NCBI GenBank assembly: GCA_047602405.1
Contig: JASGHJ010000002.1
Span: 3,008,001-3,072,000, forward strand
Direction: 5' to 3'
DNA: 64,000 bases
Origin: Anaeromyxobacteraceae bacterium
GTDB lineage: Bacteria > Myxococcota > Myxococcia > Myxococcales > Anaeromyxobacteraceae
Positions 28,220 to 37,939 of the stretch are shown piece by piece. A program made the position numbers and the translations under genes. Within the stretch, counting starts at the first letter, position 1; each line of letters starts with the position of its first letter. The notes beneath the pieces are model-generated. The model was not told where the DNA came from and did not search any database. It saw only the letters and a list, made by a program, of their open reading frames with translations.

Positions 28220-30295
28220 ATGAACGCCCGCCTTGCCGCCTCGCCCGCCCTCCTGCTCGCCGTCGTGACGGCCTGCGGCATGCGCCCGGGGACGCCCTCC
28301 CCCCTCGCCGATCCGGCCCCGATCACGACGAGCGCCTCGGTCCCGGCGAGCGCGAGCGCCGCGAACACGGCGGTCACCTGGTCCGTGACCGGCGGCGGCA
28401 CCGTCGACGCGACCGGCAAGTACACCGCCCCGGCCTCCGCGGGCGTCTTCACGGTCGTCGCGAAGAGCGTGCAGGACACGACGAAGACCGGCCAGGCCCA
28501 GGTGAACGTCGTGACCGGCGGCGGCGGGGGCAGCTTCGACCTCGGCGCCGAGCGCGGCACCACCTGGAAGCCCGGCGTGACGCTCAACGGGGGCATCCCG
28601 GTCCGGAACACGGTCTGCGCGACCGTGAACGCCTCGACCTACGGCAACGGCACCCAGGAGGCCTCGAACGGCATCGAGGCCGCGATCGCCGCCTGCCCCG
28701 CCGGCCAGGTCGTGCAGCTCTCCGCGGGCACGTTCCTCGTCAACAACTACATCCTCGTGAACAAGGGCATCACGCTGCGCGGCGCGGGCGCGGGCCAGAC
28801 CATCCTCCAGAAGACGAACGGCGCGAAGGCCTGGCAGGACGCCGCGGCCGACTACCAGCCGATCATCGTCGTCGGCTCGCAGCGCTGGGGCGGCCCCGAC
28901 GACGCGACCTCCACGAACCTCACCGCCGACGCGGTGAAGGGCGCCTTCACCGTCACGGTCGCCTCCGCCTCCGGCCTCGCGGCGGGCCAGTACGTGCTCC
29001 TCGACGAGCTCTCCGGCGCGCAGTGGATGACCGACCCGCTCGGCCGCGGGAAGATCTGGGCCTCGCCCGACTGGCGCGTGACCTGGGGGCTGCACAACCC
29101 GTCGCAGCAGACCGACGACCCGCTCACCGCCACCACCCCCACCGGCGGCGACGCGGCCTCGTGGTTCTGCCGGCGCGACCGCCCCACCAACGAGATCAAG
29201 GAGATCGCGAGCGTCAGCGGCAACACGATCACCTTCACGACGCCGATCCACATCTCCTACCGCACGAGCCACACCGCCCAGATCACCCGGTACACCGGCG
29301 CCGAGGCCCACGTGAAGAACGTCGGCATCGAGAAGCTCACCGTGACCGGCGGCTCCGACGGCGCGCTGCGCTTCGAGCGCGCGGCGATGTCCTGGGCGCG
29401 GAACGTCGAGGTCACGATGTGGCTCGGCGAGGGCGTCGCCATCAACCACTCGTTCCGGGTGGAGCTCCGCGACTCCTACATGCACGACGGCGCCTGGCCG
29501 TCGCCGGGCGGCGCGGGCTACGCCATCAGCTTCGCGAACGGCTCCTCCGAGATCCTCGTCGAGAACAACATCTCGATGCTCGCGAACAAGGTGATGGTGG
29601 CGCGCTGCTCCGGCGCGGGCTCGGTGTTCGGCTACAACTACGTCGACGCCGGCTTCATCGCGTACTCGGAGGGCTGGGTCGAGGTCGGCCTCAACGCCTC
29701 GCACATGGTCGGCCCGCACCACGTGCTGTTCGAGGGCAACATGGGATGGAACTTCGACAGCGACAAGACGCACGGCTCGTCGGTGCTCCACACCATCTTC
29801 CGGAACTGGCTCAAGGGCTCCCGCAAGTCCTTCGTCAACGGCTCGACCGGCCACACCATCGACGACTACGCGCAGGGCGGCAACGGCCCGCGCCGCGCCG
29901 CCGGCGCCGCCGCGTACTCGTACGGCATGAGCTTCGTCGGCAACGTGCTCGGCGAGCAGGGCAAGATGGCGGGCTGGGTCTACGAGGCGAACCACGCCGG
30001 CGGCATGGACGACAAGACGATCTGGCTGCTCGGCTGGGACGACTGGAGCCCGCAGCCGTACGACGCGACCGTCATCACGACCACGCTCCGCTCCGGCAAC
30101 TGGGACTGGCTCCAGGCGAAGCAGACCTGGCACGACGGCACGCCCGCCCCGCTGCCGGACTCGATGTACCTCGCCGCGAAGCCCACCTTCTTCGGCGCGA
30201 ACACCTGGCCGTGGGTCGACCCCACGACCGGCGTGACCTACACGCTGCCGGCGAAGGCCCGCTACGACGCGGGGACGCCGAACCTCGTGCCATAG
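28220..30295 (+). CDS. Lipoprotein with Ig-like segment and parallel beta-helix (pectin-lyase-fold) domain
   Basis: Lipobox VTAC; IEAAIAACPAGQVVQLSAGTF and ITLRGAG; Asn-rich repeats. Confidence 0.75.
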   Translation: MNARLAASPALLLAVVTACGMRPGTPSPLADPAPITTSASVPASASAANTAVTWSVTGGGTVDATGKYTAPASAGVFTVVAKSVQDTTKTGQAQVNVVTGGGGGSFDLGAERGTTWKPGVTLNGGIPVRNTVCATVNASTYGNGTQEASNGIEAAIAACPAGQVVQLSAGTFLVNNYILVNKGITLRGAGAGQTILQKTNGAKAWQDAAADYQPIIVVGSQRWGGPDDATSTNLTADAVKGAFTVTVASASGLAAGQYVLLDELSGAQWMTDPLGRGKIWASPDWRVTWGLHNPSQQTDDPLTATTPTGGDAASWFCRRDRPTNEIKEIASVSGNTITFTTPIHISYRTSHTAQITRYTGAEAHVKNVGIEKLTVTGGSDGALRFERAAMSWARNVEVTMWLGEGVAINHSFRVELRDSYMHDGAWPSPGGAGYAISFANGSSEILVENNISMLANKVMVARCSGAGSVFGYNYVDAGFIAYSEGWVEVGLNASHMVGPHHVLFEGNMGWNFDSDKTHGSSVLHTIFRNWLKGSRKSFVNGSTGHTIDDYAQGGNGPRRAAGAAAYSYGMSFVGNVLGEQGKMAGWVYEANHAGGMDDKTIWLLGWDDWSPQPYDATVITTTLRSGNWDWLQAKQTWHDGTPAPLPDSMYLAAKPTFFGANTWPWVDPTTGVTYTLPAKARYDAGTPNLVP

Positions 30296-30325
30296 CGAAC
30301 GAGGTGCCAGCAGCCCGGCCGCCGC

Positions 30326-30349
30326 GCCCCGGCCCGCCCGGGCCGGGGC
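30326..30349. terminator. GC-rich hairpin between the convergent paralogs
   Basis: GCCCCGGCCCG-CC-CGGGCCGGGGC. Confidence 0.4.
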
Positions 30350-30357
30350 AGTGAAGC

Positions 30358-32256
30358 TCAGGGCACGTCGTTCGGCGTGCCCGCCTCGAGCCGCGCGCGC
30401 GCCGGGAGGACCCCGGTCCTCCCGGTCGCCGGATCCACCCAGGGCCACGGCGCGGCGCCGAAGAACGGCGGCTTCGCCGCGAGGTAGAGCGAGTCGGGGA
30501 GCGGCCCCGGCACGCCCTGCTCCCAGGACTGCCTCGCCTGGAGCCAGTCCCAGTTGCCCGCGCGCAGCGCGGTGGCCGCGACGCTCGGGTCCCACGGCTG
30601 CGGGGAGGCGTCGTCCCAGCCGAGGAGCCAGATGCTCGGCTTTCCCATCGCGTTCCGGCCGGCGCCCTCGTAGACCCAGCCGTCCATCTTCCCTTGCTCG
30701 CCGAGCACGTTCCCCACGTAGTTCATGCCGTAGGTGTAGGCGCCCGCCCCGGCGCAGCGCTTCGGGCCGTTCCGCTTCGAGGCCGCGTCGTCGACGACGT
30801 TGCGGGTCTGCGGGTTCGTGAACGGCCGGCGCACGCCGCGCAGCCAGTTGCGGAAGACCGTCATCCGGGTCGAGGAGCCGTGGGTCTTGTCGCTGTCGAA
30901 GTTGAAGCCGTCGTTCCCCTCGAAGAGGACGTGGTGCGGGCCGACCATGTGCGACGCGTTGAGGCCGACCTCGATCCAGCCCTCGCTGCCGAGGATGAAG
31001 CCGCCGTCGGCGTAGCTGTAGGCCACCACCGAGCCCGCGCCGGCGGAGCGCGCCACCATGACCTTGTTGGCGTTGACGAGGACGTCGTTCTCGACGAGCA
31101 CCTCGGCGGAGCCGTTCGAGAGGGAGAGTGCGTACCCGGCGCCGCCCGGCGACGACCAGGCGCCGTCGTGCACGTACGAGTCCCGCACCTCGACACGGAA
31201 CCCGTGCGTCACGGCGATGCCCTCGCCGAGCCAGCGGCTCACCTCGACGTTCCGCGCCCAGCACCGGGCCGCCGCCTCGAAGCGGAGCGCGCCGTCCGAG
31301 CCGCCGAGGAGCGTGAGCGCCTCGACGCCGGCGCCCCGCACGTGCGCAGAGTCCCCGGTGAAGCGGACGAGCTGGGCCTCGCGCTCGACGCGGTAGTCGG
31401 TGTGGAGCGGGGTCGTGAAGGTGACGGCGTCGCCCGCGACGCTCGCGACCTCCTTCACCTCGGCGATGGGCCGGTCGCGGCGCGAGAACCAGGCCGCGGC
31501 GGGCCCGCCCGTCGGCGTCCCCGGCTCGAGCGGATCGTCGGCGCTCCAGCGCGGGTCGTGGAGCTGCCAGGTCACGCGCCAGTCGGGCGCCGCCCAGACC
31601 TTGCCGCGGCCGAGCGGGTCGGGCATCCAGCGCGCGCCGGAGCGCTCGTCGAGGAGGACGACGTCCCCCGCCTTCACGCCCTGGAGGCCGGCGACGCGGA
31701 TCGCGGTCGCCCCCTTCGCGCCGTCCGCCTGGAGCGGCCGGGCCGTCGCCTCGTCCGGCTTCGGCCAGCGGCTCGGGCCCACCACGAGGAGCGGCTGGGC
31801 GTTCCGGGGCTGGTAGCTCAGCATGACCGCGCCGTCGGTCTTCTCGAGGAGGGTCTTGCCCGCCCCGGCGCCGCGCAGCGTGATGCCCTTGCCGATCCGG
31901 ACGAGGTGGTCGACCACGAACCGCCCGGCGCCGAGCTGCACGACCTGCCCCTCCGGGCAGCGGTCCACGGCGGCCTGGATCGCCGCGGACGCGTCCTCGC
32001 CGCCGGCGGGCGCCGGCACGGTGGCGCAGACCTTCGACCGGACCGGGATCCCGCCGTCGTGGGTGACCCCGGGCCGCCAGACCGTCCGCCGGGCGGCGGG
32101 GATGACGTCCTTCCCGGCGCCCGGGCTGCCGAGCGGGAACGCGGCCACGACCGCCGCGTCGGGCGAGGCCTTGGCGGCCGTGGGGCGGCAGGCCGTCGCG
32201 AGGACGGCGGCGACGGCCAGGGCCGCGGCGGCGGAGACGACGACGTGCAGGCGCAA
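30358..32256 (-). CDS. Paralogous beta-helix (pectin-lyase-fold) lipoprotein
   Basis: Lipobox ATAC; colinear with 28220-30295, e.g. GLNASHMVGPHHVLFEGN and FDSDKTHGSS. Confidence 0.75.
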   Translation of the reverse strand: MRLHVVVSAAAALAVAAVLATACRPTAAKASPDAAVVAAFPLGSPGAGKDVIPAARRTVWRPGVTHDGGIPVRSKVCATVPAPAGGEDASAAIQAAVDRCPEGQVVQLGAGRFVVDHLVRIGKGITLRGAGAGKTLLEKTDGAVMLSYQPRNAQPLLVVGPSRWPKPDEATARPLQADGAKGATAIRVAGLQGVKAGDVVLLDERSGARWMPDPLGRGKVWAAPDWRVTWQLHDPRWSADDPLEPGTPTGGPAAAWFSRRDRPIAEVKEVASVAGDAVTFTTPLHTDYRVEREAQLVRFTGDSAHVRGAGVEALTLLGGSDGALRFEAAARCWARNVEVSRWLGEGIAVTHGFRVEVRDSYVHDGAWSSPGGAGYALSLSNGSAEVLVENDVLVNANKVMVARSAGAGSVVAYSYADGGFILGSEGWIEVGLNASHMVGPHHVLFEGNDGFNFDSDKTHGSSTRMTVFRNWLRGVRRPFTNPQTRNVVDDAASKRNGPKRCAGAGAYTYGMNYVGNVLGEQGKMDGWVYEGAGRNAMGKPSIWLLGWDDASPQPWDPSVAATALRAGNWDWLQARQSWEQGVPGPLPDSLYLAAKPPFFGAAPWPWVDPATGRTGVLPARARLEAGTPNDVP

Positions 32257-32357
32257 GGGGGACCTCCGGAGGCGGCGAGTCTACAGCACGTCAGGAGGCC
32301 TACCCGGCCGTCTCCGCTATTGATTTCGAGCGCCGGGTCGGGTACGAAGCGCCCTCC

Positions 32358-32672
32358 ATGGCCGAGACGACCACCAAGACCAAGACCAAGAAGTCGGCGC
32401 CGAAGGCGAAGGCCGCCGGCAAGAAGACCTGCACCGTCACCGGGTGCAAGCGCGCCTACCGTGCGAAGGGGCTCTGCTTCTTCCACTACAAGAAGTGGCG
32501 CCGCGGCGAGCTCGAGGGCCGTCCGACCCGCTGGATCGGCGTCTGCTCGAAGGCCGAGTGCAAGAAGAAGGTCGCCGAGCACGGCCTCTGCCAGGAGCAC
32601 TTCGAGGCCTGGAAGAAGAGCCGCAAGAAGAACCAGGCGAAGGCCGCGGCCGACGCCGCGCCGGCCGCCTAG
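32358..32672 (+). CDS. Basic Cys/His-rich protein resembling myxobacterial vegetative protein VegA
   Basis: Lys-rich N-terminus; CTVTGCKRAYRAKGLCFFHYKKWR and CSKAEC...GLCQEH. Confidence 0.7.
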   Translation: MAETTTKTKTKKSAPKAKAAGKKTCTVTGCKRAYRAKGLCFFHYKKWRRGELEGRPTRWIGVCSKAECKKKVAEHGLCQEHFEAWKKSRKKNQAKAAADAAPAA

Positions 32673-32706
32673 GGCGACGGCCCGTGTGCTGCCGGGGTGG
32701 GGCCCC

Positions 32707-33384
32707 ATGAGCTTTGCTCCGTGGGGCGGGGCGCGCCGAGCGCCCCGGAAGCACGGCATCGCCGCCTTCCTGGCCACCGCGCTCGCGGTGGCAGGGCCCG
32801 CGTACGCCCAGGCCCCGCAGCCCGGCGCCGCGCCGGCGGCCGTCCCCGCCCAGGAGGTCCGCCGCGTCGGGCTCCTCCTGCGCATGGTGCTCGACGTCGG
32901 TGGCGAGCAGCTCGGCGTCGTCAGCTACAGCGACGGCTCGAAGGCGAAGCTCCGCGCCGGCCAGCTCGGCACGTTCGCGGCCGGGTTCCTGTACCGCGCC
33001 GAGGCGCCCTGGGCCCTCGAGGCGACGTTCGGCTACAAGTTCGACCAGGCGAACGCCTCGAACGGCTCGGTGAAGTTCACCCGCCTGCCGGTCGACGTGA
33101 TCGCGTCCTACGCGCTCGACCGCCACCGCTTCGGCGTCGGGCCGACCCTCCACCTGTCGCCGAAGTACAGCTGCACGTTCGGCGCGACCGAGTGCCAGGG
33201 CGTGCGCGAGGTGAAGTTCGACACCGCGGTGGGCGGCATCGCGCAGTACGCCTTCCAGCTGCCCCGCGGCTCGTCGGGCTACGAGCTCGGCGCGCGCTTC
33301 ACCGTCGTGAAGTACAAGGCGTCCGGCGCCCTGCTGGAGCTCGACGGGAAGTCGTTCGGGTTCTTCTTCGGCGGGTGGCTCTGA
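32707..33384 (+). CDS. Outer-membrane beta-barrel protein
   Basis: Signal peptide, amphipathic strands, aromatic-rich C-terminus FGFFFGGWL. Start uncertain. Confidence 0.65.
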   Translation: MSFAPWGGARRAPRKHGIAAFLATALAVAGPAYAQAPQPGAAPAAVPAQEVRRVGLLLRMVLDVGGEQLGVVSYSDGSKAKLRAGQLGTFAAGFLYRAEAPWALEATFGYKFDQANASNGSVKFTRLPVDVIASYALDRHRFGVGPTLHLSPKYSCTFGATECQGVREVKFDTAVGGIAQYAFQLPRGSSGYELGARFTVVKYKASGALLELDGKSFGFFFGGWL

Positions 33385-33433
33385 GCGGCGTCGTGGTCGC
33401 CCCGGGGCGACGCCGGCCCGCGCCCGTCGAGCG

Positions 33434-35431
33434 CTAGCCCATCCCCGCGAGCGCCCGCGCGAGGTCGCGCACGCGGTAGGGCTTCTGCACGAACGCGACC
33501 GCGCCCGCGTCGAGGACCTCCTGCGCGACGCCGTCGCGGTCGAAGCCGCTCGAGACGACGACCCGCAGCTCCGGCCGCAACGCCCGCATCCTGCGGAAGG
33601 CCTCCGCGCCGGCCATCCCCGGCATGGAGAGGTCGAGCACCACGGCCGCGAGCGGCCCGGGGTTGGCGGCGAGCCAGTCGAGCGCCTCCTGCCCGCCGCC
33701 CAGGGGCACCGGCTCGTAGCCGAGCGACTCGAGCACGCGCGCCCCGGCGCGCCGCACCGCCTCCTCGTCGTCGACGACGAGCACGCGGCCGTGGCCCCGC
33801 GGCGACGGGACCTCGGCGGCGTCCCCCGCCGCGTCGGCGGCGGGCGCGAGCGGCAGGCGCACGCGGAACCGCGTCCCCGCGCCGGGCGCGCTCTCCACCG
33901 TCACCGCGCCGCCGTGCACCTTCAGGATCCCGTACACGGTCGAGAGGCCGAGCCCGGTCCCCTTGCCCTCCGACTTCGTGGTGAAGAACGGGTCGAAGAT
34001 CCGCTCGAGGTGCTCCGGCGCGATGCCGACGCCGGTGTCGGAGACCTCGAGCACGAGCGTCCGCGCGGCGGCGTCCACCGAGGTCTCGAGCGCGAGCGTG
34101 CCGCCGGAGGGCATCGCGTCGCGGGCGTTCACGGCGAGGTTGAGGATCACCTGCTGCAGCTGCCCGGGGTCGCCCCGCACGGTGGACGGCTGCGCGTGGA
34201 GGCGCGCCTCGACGCGGATCGACTTGTCGAGCGTGCGCGAGAGCAGCGCGACCACCTCTCGCACGAGGAGGTGGAGGTCGACCGCCTCCTCCCGGCGCGG
34301 GCCCATGCGCGCGAAGGCGAGGAGCTGGCGGGTGAGCTCCGCCGCGCGGGTGGCCGCCTTCGTGATGGTGGTGGTGGCCTCCTCCTGCAGCGTGCCCGGC
34401 TTCGCCTCCTCGCGCAGGAGCTCGGAGTAGCTGAGGATGCCCACGAGCAGGTTGTTGAAGTCGTGGGCGACCCCGCCGGCGAGGAGCCCCACGGCCTCGA
34501 GCTTCTGCGACTGGCGGTGGGCCTCCTCGGCGCGGCGCTGCGCCTCGTGCGCCTCCTTCAGCTCGGCCGTGCGCGCGTCCACCTCGCGGCGCAGGATCCC
34601 GGGGAGCGCCAGGACCCGGTAGGCGAGCAGCGCCGCGAGCAGCGCGAGCAGGACCGCGCCGATCACGAGCCCCACCGTGACACCACCTCCCCAGCCGGCG
34701 CGGGGCTCGACCGCGAGCCGCCAGGCCTGCCCCGAGATCGCGAGCTCCACGGTCACCGGGTCGCGCAGCGGCTGGCCGCCGGGCGCCGTCGTGTGGAGGA
34801 GCTGGTCGGCGGCGCCGCCGTTCACCCGCACGAGCTGGAAGTCGTAGCCCGCGGGCGGCAGCTGGGTGAGGTGGCTCCGCTCGAGCAGCACCTCCTCGCG
34901 CACGATCGCGCTCACGAGCCCCCAGAAGCGGTCGCCGGCGGGCCCCTGGATCCAGACCGGCACGCGGACGGCCAGCGCTTGGCCACCCTGCATGAGCTCG
35001 AAGGGCCCGTAGACCAGCGGCCGCCGCTCGTCGCGCGCCCGGCGCGCGAACGGGCCGTGGATCGGGTGCTCGAGCAGGTGGAGCCCGAGGGCGCGCTCGT
35101 TGCCCGCGAGCGGCCACGAGTGGCGGATGATCCCGTCGGGCGCGAGCTGGAGGATGGCCCCGCTGCCGGTGAGCACGAGCAGGCGCCGGGCGACCCCGTC
35201 GAGCTCGGCCTCGGAGGCGCCCTCGGCGACCATCGCGCCGAGCGCGCCGGCCGCGAGGTTGGATCTCGAGAACTCCTGCTCGACGGCGACGCCCGCGGCG
35301 CGCGCGAGCTCGAGCGCCGCCGCGCGCCGCTCGGCACGGTCGACGCTCCCGGCCTGGTGGAGCACCGCCGCCCCCGCGGCCAGGGCCACGAGGAAGACGA
35401 GCACCGCGGTGAGGAGCGCGCCTCGTTGCAT
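33434..35431 (-). CDS. CHASE-domain hybrid sensor histidine kinase/response regulator
   Basis: YGPFELMQGG (CHASE); AHDFNNLL; NARDA, DTGVG, FFTTK and GTGLGL; C-terminal receiver domain. Confidence 0.9.
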   Translation of the reverse strand: MQRGALLTAVLVFLVALAAGAAVLHQAGSVDRAERRAAALELARAAGVAVEQEFSRSNLAAGALGAMVAEGASEAELDGVARRLLVLTGSGAILQLAPDGIIRHSWPLAGNERALGLHLLEHPIHGPFARRARDERRPLVYGPFELMQGGQALAVRVPVWIQGPAGDRFWGLVSAIVREEVLLERSHLTQLPPAGYDFQLVRVNGGAADQLLHTTAPGGQPLRDPVTVELAISGQAWRLAVEPRAGWGGGVTVGLVIGAVLLALLAALLAYRVLALPGILRREVDARTAELKEAHEAQRRAEEAHRQSQKLEAVGLLAGGVAHDFNNLLVGILSYSELLREEAKPGTLQEEATTTITKAATRAAELTRQLLAFARMGPRREEAVDLHLLVREVVALLSRTLDKSIRVEARLHAQPSTVRGDPGQLQQVILNLAVNARDAMPSGGTLALETSVDAAARTLVLEVSDTGVGIAPEHLERIFDPFFTTKSEGKGTGLGLSTVYGILKVHGGAVTVESAPGAGTRFRVRLPLAPAADAAGDAAEVPSPRGHGRVLVVDDEEAVRRAGARVLESLGYEPVPLGGGQEALDWLAANPGPLAAVVLDLSMPGMAGAEAFRRMRALRPELRVVVSSGFDRDGVAQEVLDAGAVAFVQKPYRVRDLARALAGMG

Positions 35432-35621
35432 CGGTGGAGGTCCCTCGTCTCGAGCGCAGCTGCGGGGCCATTGTGGCCTCACCTGGGCCCGGCCGGGTAG
35501 TCCCCTGCGCTTCGATCCGTGGGACGGGGGGTGTGGGCAGCCTCAGCGCTGCCCGATCACGAGCCGGAGGGCGGTGAGCGCGGCCAGCGCCCGGGGCGAG
35601 CGGCACCGGCGACGTGGCGCC

Positions 35622-37598
35622 TCAGACCCGCTCGCTGCGCCTCCTCCCGAACTGGCCGTCCTTCCAGACGACGCCGTTCACGCGGAACTCGACGGCGTCG
35701 GGGAAGATGCCGGTGATGGTCGCGAAGCCCTCGTGGACCACGACGAGGTGGTGGTAGGCGCAGAGCGGCATCCGGTTCCAGTCGTCCTCCGAGCCGCCGC
35801 GGCTGCGAAACTCGATGTGGTGGCCCTGGCAGCTCCGGCGGCTGCAGCCCGGGAACTGGCAGCGCCGGTACTTCGCGCGCTGCTTCTGGGAGACGGTCTT
35901 CGGCTTCGTGCGCTCGTTGCACCAGGCCTGGATGAAGTGGCGGGCGAGCTCGCCGAGGAAGGGTCCGTCGAGGCGGGGCTCGGCGGGCGGCTCGGCGGGC
36001 GGCTTCGGCGTTCCCTTGTCCTTCCCGTGCTTTCCGTCGTGCTCGCACCCATCCACGCAGGGGGCTGATTCCTCTGTGGGGCGCTCCTCCGGCACCCGCC
36101 TCATCAGCGACACCTGGAACGCCTGCTCGAGCAGCACCGCGACGCTCCGCGGCACCCGGGCCTCGAAGAACTTCAGCGCAGACATCTGCGCGTCGGACTT
36201 CGCCTGGATCGCCTCCCGGAGCTCGATGACCGTGAGCTTCTCGGCCCGCTGCGCCATCTGGAGGAGGTCGACCTGGGGCACCTCCTTCAGGAGGAGGAGC
36301 TTCGAGTAGGTGAGCCCCATCTCCTTCGCGATCCGGAGCTCCGGCTTCTCCCAGAGGTGCTTCTCGAGCGCGGCGCGGGTCTCGATGGTGCGGGCCGGGA
36401 CCCCGAGGCGCTCGGTCGCGTAGTGCCGGAAGTCCACGAACCCCGCCTCGCGGTGGGTGTGCGTGCCCTTCACGACGGCCGAGCACCACCCCATGAAGTC
36501 GTCCCAGGCCTTGAGCTCGGAGGCGATGCCGAGGCCCGTCGCCATGAGCTCGTCGTCCGTGGCGAGGGCGTTCGGATCGACGTCGAGGGCCGCGACGGCG
36601 TGGACCGGGTCGAGGTACTCCCAGTGGGAGGTCTCGTCCTCGAGCTTCGCCTCCGCGGCGTCGCGCTTCGTCTGGACGTCGAGCGGGTGGAGCCGCCGCT
36701 CCACCGCCCGCTCCGCCTCGGCGGCGACCGACTCGTCTCCCGGGTGCTCCGACAGGTACTCCTGCGCGAGCGCCTCGAGCTGCACGTGCCGGTGCGAGCT
36801 CTCGACGAGCTCGCCCGCGAGGGCCATGGCGCTGCGGAGATCCGCGTGGTCCTCGTCGGAGATCGGCACGCGCAGCCGGACCCACGGCTCCTCGTCCGCC
36901 TCCGCCTGCTCTGCGGCCGCATCCGGCCCCGGCAGCGACTTCCGCTCCTTCAGGGCCTCCTTCACGAGCTGCTTCAGCTTCCGGACCGGCTGGACCTTCG
37001 CCTCCTCCACCCAGCGCTCCTCGTCGTCGCCGGCCGCGACCGGCAGGACCGCGAGCGCCGCCGACGGGGTCACGAGCCCCTCGTACGCAGCGGCCCTCAG
37101 CAAGGGCCGCTCCCGGAGCGCCTTCGCGAGCTGCGCCGCCACCTGCGCCGCGCGCCGGCGGACGCCGAAGAGGTTCTCGGTGAGGTCGCCGAGGTTCGAG
37201 AACCCCTGCCGGGCGAGGCGGTCACCCTCCGTGAACGTGGCGAAGATCGCGCCGAGGCTGAGCTCGAGCGCGCTGCGCATGCAGGCGGCCTGCGCGAGCG
37301 CGCGCTCGAACTTCTCCGGGCCGCCCTCGCCGCGGAGGACCAGCTCTCGAAGCTCGAGCATCGTGAAAGACGGGTACTCCCAGCGCGGCGCGTGCAGGTC
37401 CCAGCGCTCGCGGAGCGGATCCCCGCGGGCGGGTTCGTTCGCGGCGGCTACGGTCGCGGCGGCTACGGTCGCGGCGACTACGGTCGCGGCGGGTTCGTTC
37501 GCGGCGGCGTCGTTCGCGGCCGCGCCCGTCGGCTCGGCACCCGGAGTGAACTCCGGGAGCGCCGCAGCGACGAGCTCGCTGGCCGTGCACGCGTCCAT
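35622..37598 (-). CDS. Large protein with C-terminal HNH endonuclease domain (DUF222/HNH-like)
   Basis: CQFPGC..CQGHHIEFRSRGGSEDDWNRMPLCAYHH; low-complexity repeat near the N-terminus. Confidence 0.8.
   Translation of the reverse strand: MDACTASELVAAALPEFTPGAEPTGAAANDAAANEPAATVVAATVAAATVAAANEPARGDPLRERWDLHAPRWEYPSFTMLELRELVLRGEGGPEKFERALAQAACMRSALELSLGAIFATFTEGDRLARQGFSNLGDLTENLFGVRRRAAQVAAQLAKALRERPLLRAAAYEGLVTPSAALAVLPVAAGDDEERWVEEAKVQPVRKLKQLVKEALKERKSLPGPDAAAEQAEADEEPWVRLRVPISDEDHADLRSAMALAGELVESSHRHVQLEALAQEYLSEHPGDESVAAEAERAVERRLHPLDVQTKRDAAEAKLEDETSHWEYLDPVHAVAALDVDPNALATDDELMATGLGIASELKAWDDFMGWCSAVVKGTHTHREAGFVDFRHYATERLGVPARTIETRAALEKHLWEKPELRIAKEMGLTYSKLLLLKEVPQVDLLQMAQRAEKLTVIELREAIQAKSDAQMSALKFFEARVPRSVAVLLEQAFQVSLMRRVPEERPTEESAPCVDGCEHDGKHGKDKGTPKPPAEPPAEPRLDGPFLGELARHFIQAWCNERTKPKTVSQKQRAKYRRCQFPGCSRRSCQGHHIEFRSRGGSEDDWNRMPLCAYHHLVVVHEGFATITGIFPDAVEFRVNGVVWKDGQFGRRRSERV
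37428..37520. repeat. In-frame 15-bp-based repeats in the HNH gene (ATVAA / AANEP units)
   Basis: TACGGTCGCGGCG x3 flanked by two copies of GCGGGTTCGTTCGCGGCGGC. Confidence 0.8.
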
Positions 37599-37682
37599 GC
37601 CCGCGATCCTGCCACCCCGGTCTGACGGTGAGATCGCACGATCCGGCTGGGGCTCAGGGCTGATCTGAGCCCCCGGACCCCT

Positions 37683-37732
37683 GTCCCTCGTCTCCGCCCC
37701 CGCTGCGCGGGGGCTACGCTCGGGACGGACGG
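37683..37732 (+). repeat. Dispersed REP-like hairpin element, copy 2
   Basis: GTCCCTCGTCTCC-GCCCCCGC-TGC-GCGGGGGC-TACGCTCGGGACGGACGG. Confidence 0.85.
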
Positions 37733-37828
37733 GGGGAGGAGAACCCCACCGCCGCGGGCGGGGTCACGTCTACCTCCGGAGGAGCGAGGGACGGACGGGG
37801 GCGGAGAGGGACGGACGGGGGAGGGTTG

Positions 37829-37890
37829 GATGCGCAGACGTCTGCGCCGGCCCTCGGGAGCCCGCGCCTGATGCGCAGATGTCTGCACCG
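37829..37890. promoter_or_regulatory. Pair of palindromic direct repeats GATGCGCAGAYGTCTGCRCCG, 41 bp apart
   Basis: GCGCAGACGTCTGCGC (37832-37847) is a perfect palindrome; the second copy (37873-37888) has two differences. Confidence 0.5.
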
Positions 37891-37939
37891 AGCATCGACC
37901 CTCCGGTCGTCCCGGGCGGCTGGCCCCGCCCGGGCACCG

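Noticed and set aside
35440..35451. GTCCCTCGTCTC as a fourth copy of the dispersed element
   Set aside because: Only a 12-nt match with no 8-bp stem or TACGCTCGGG. On the minus strand it doubles as the kinase RBS.
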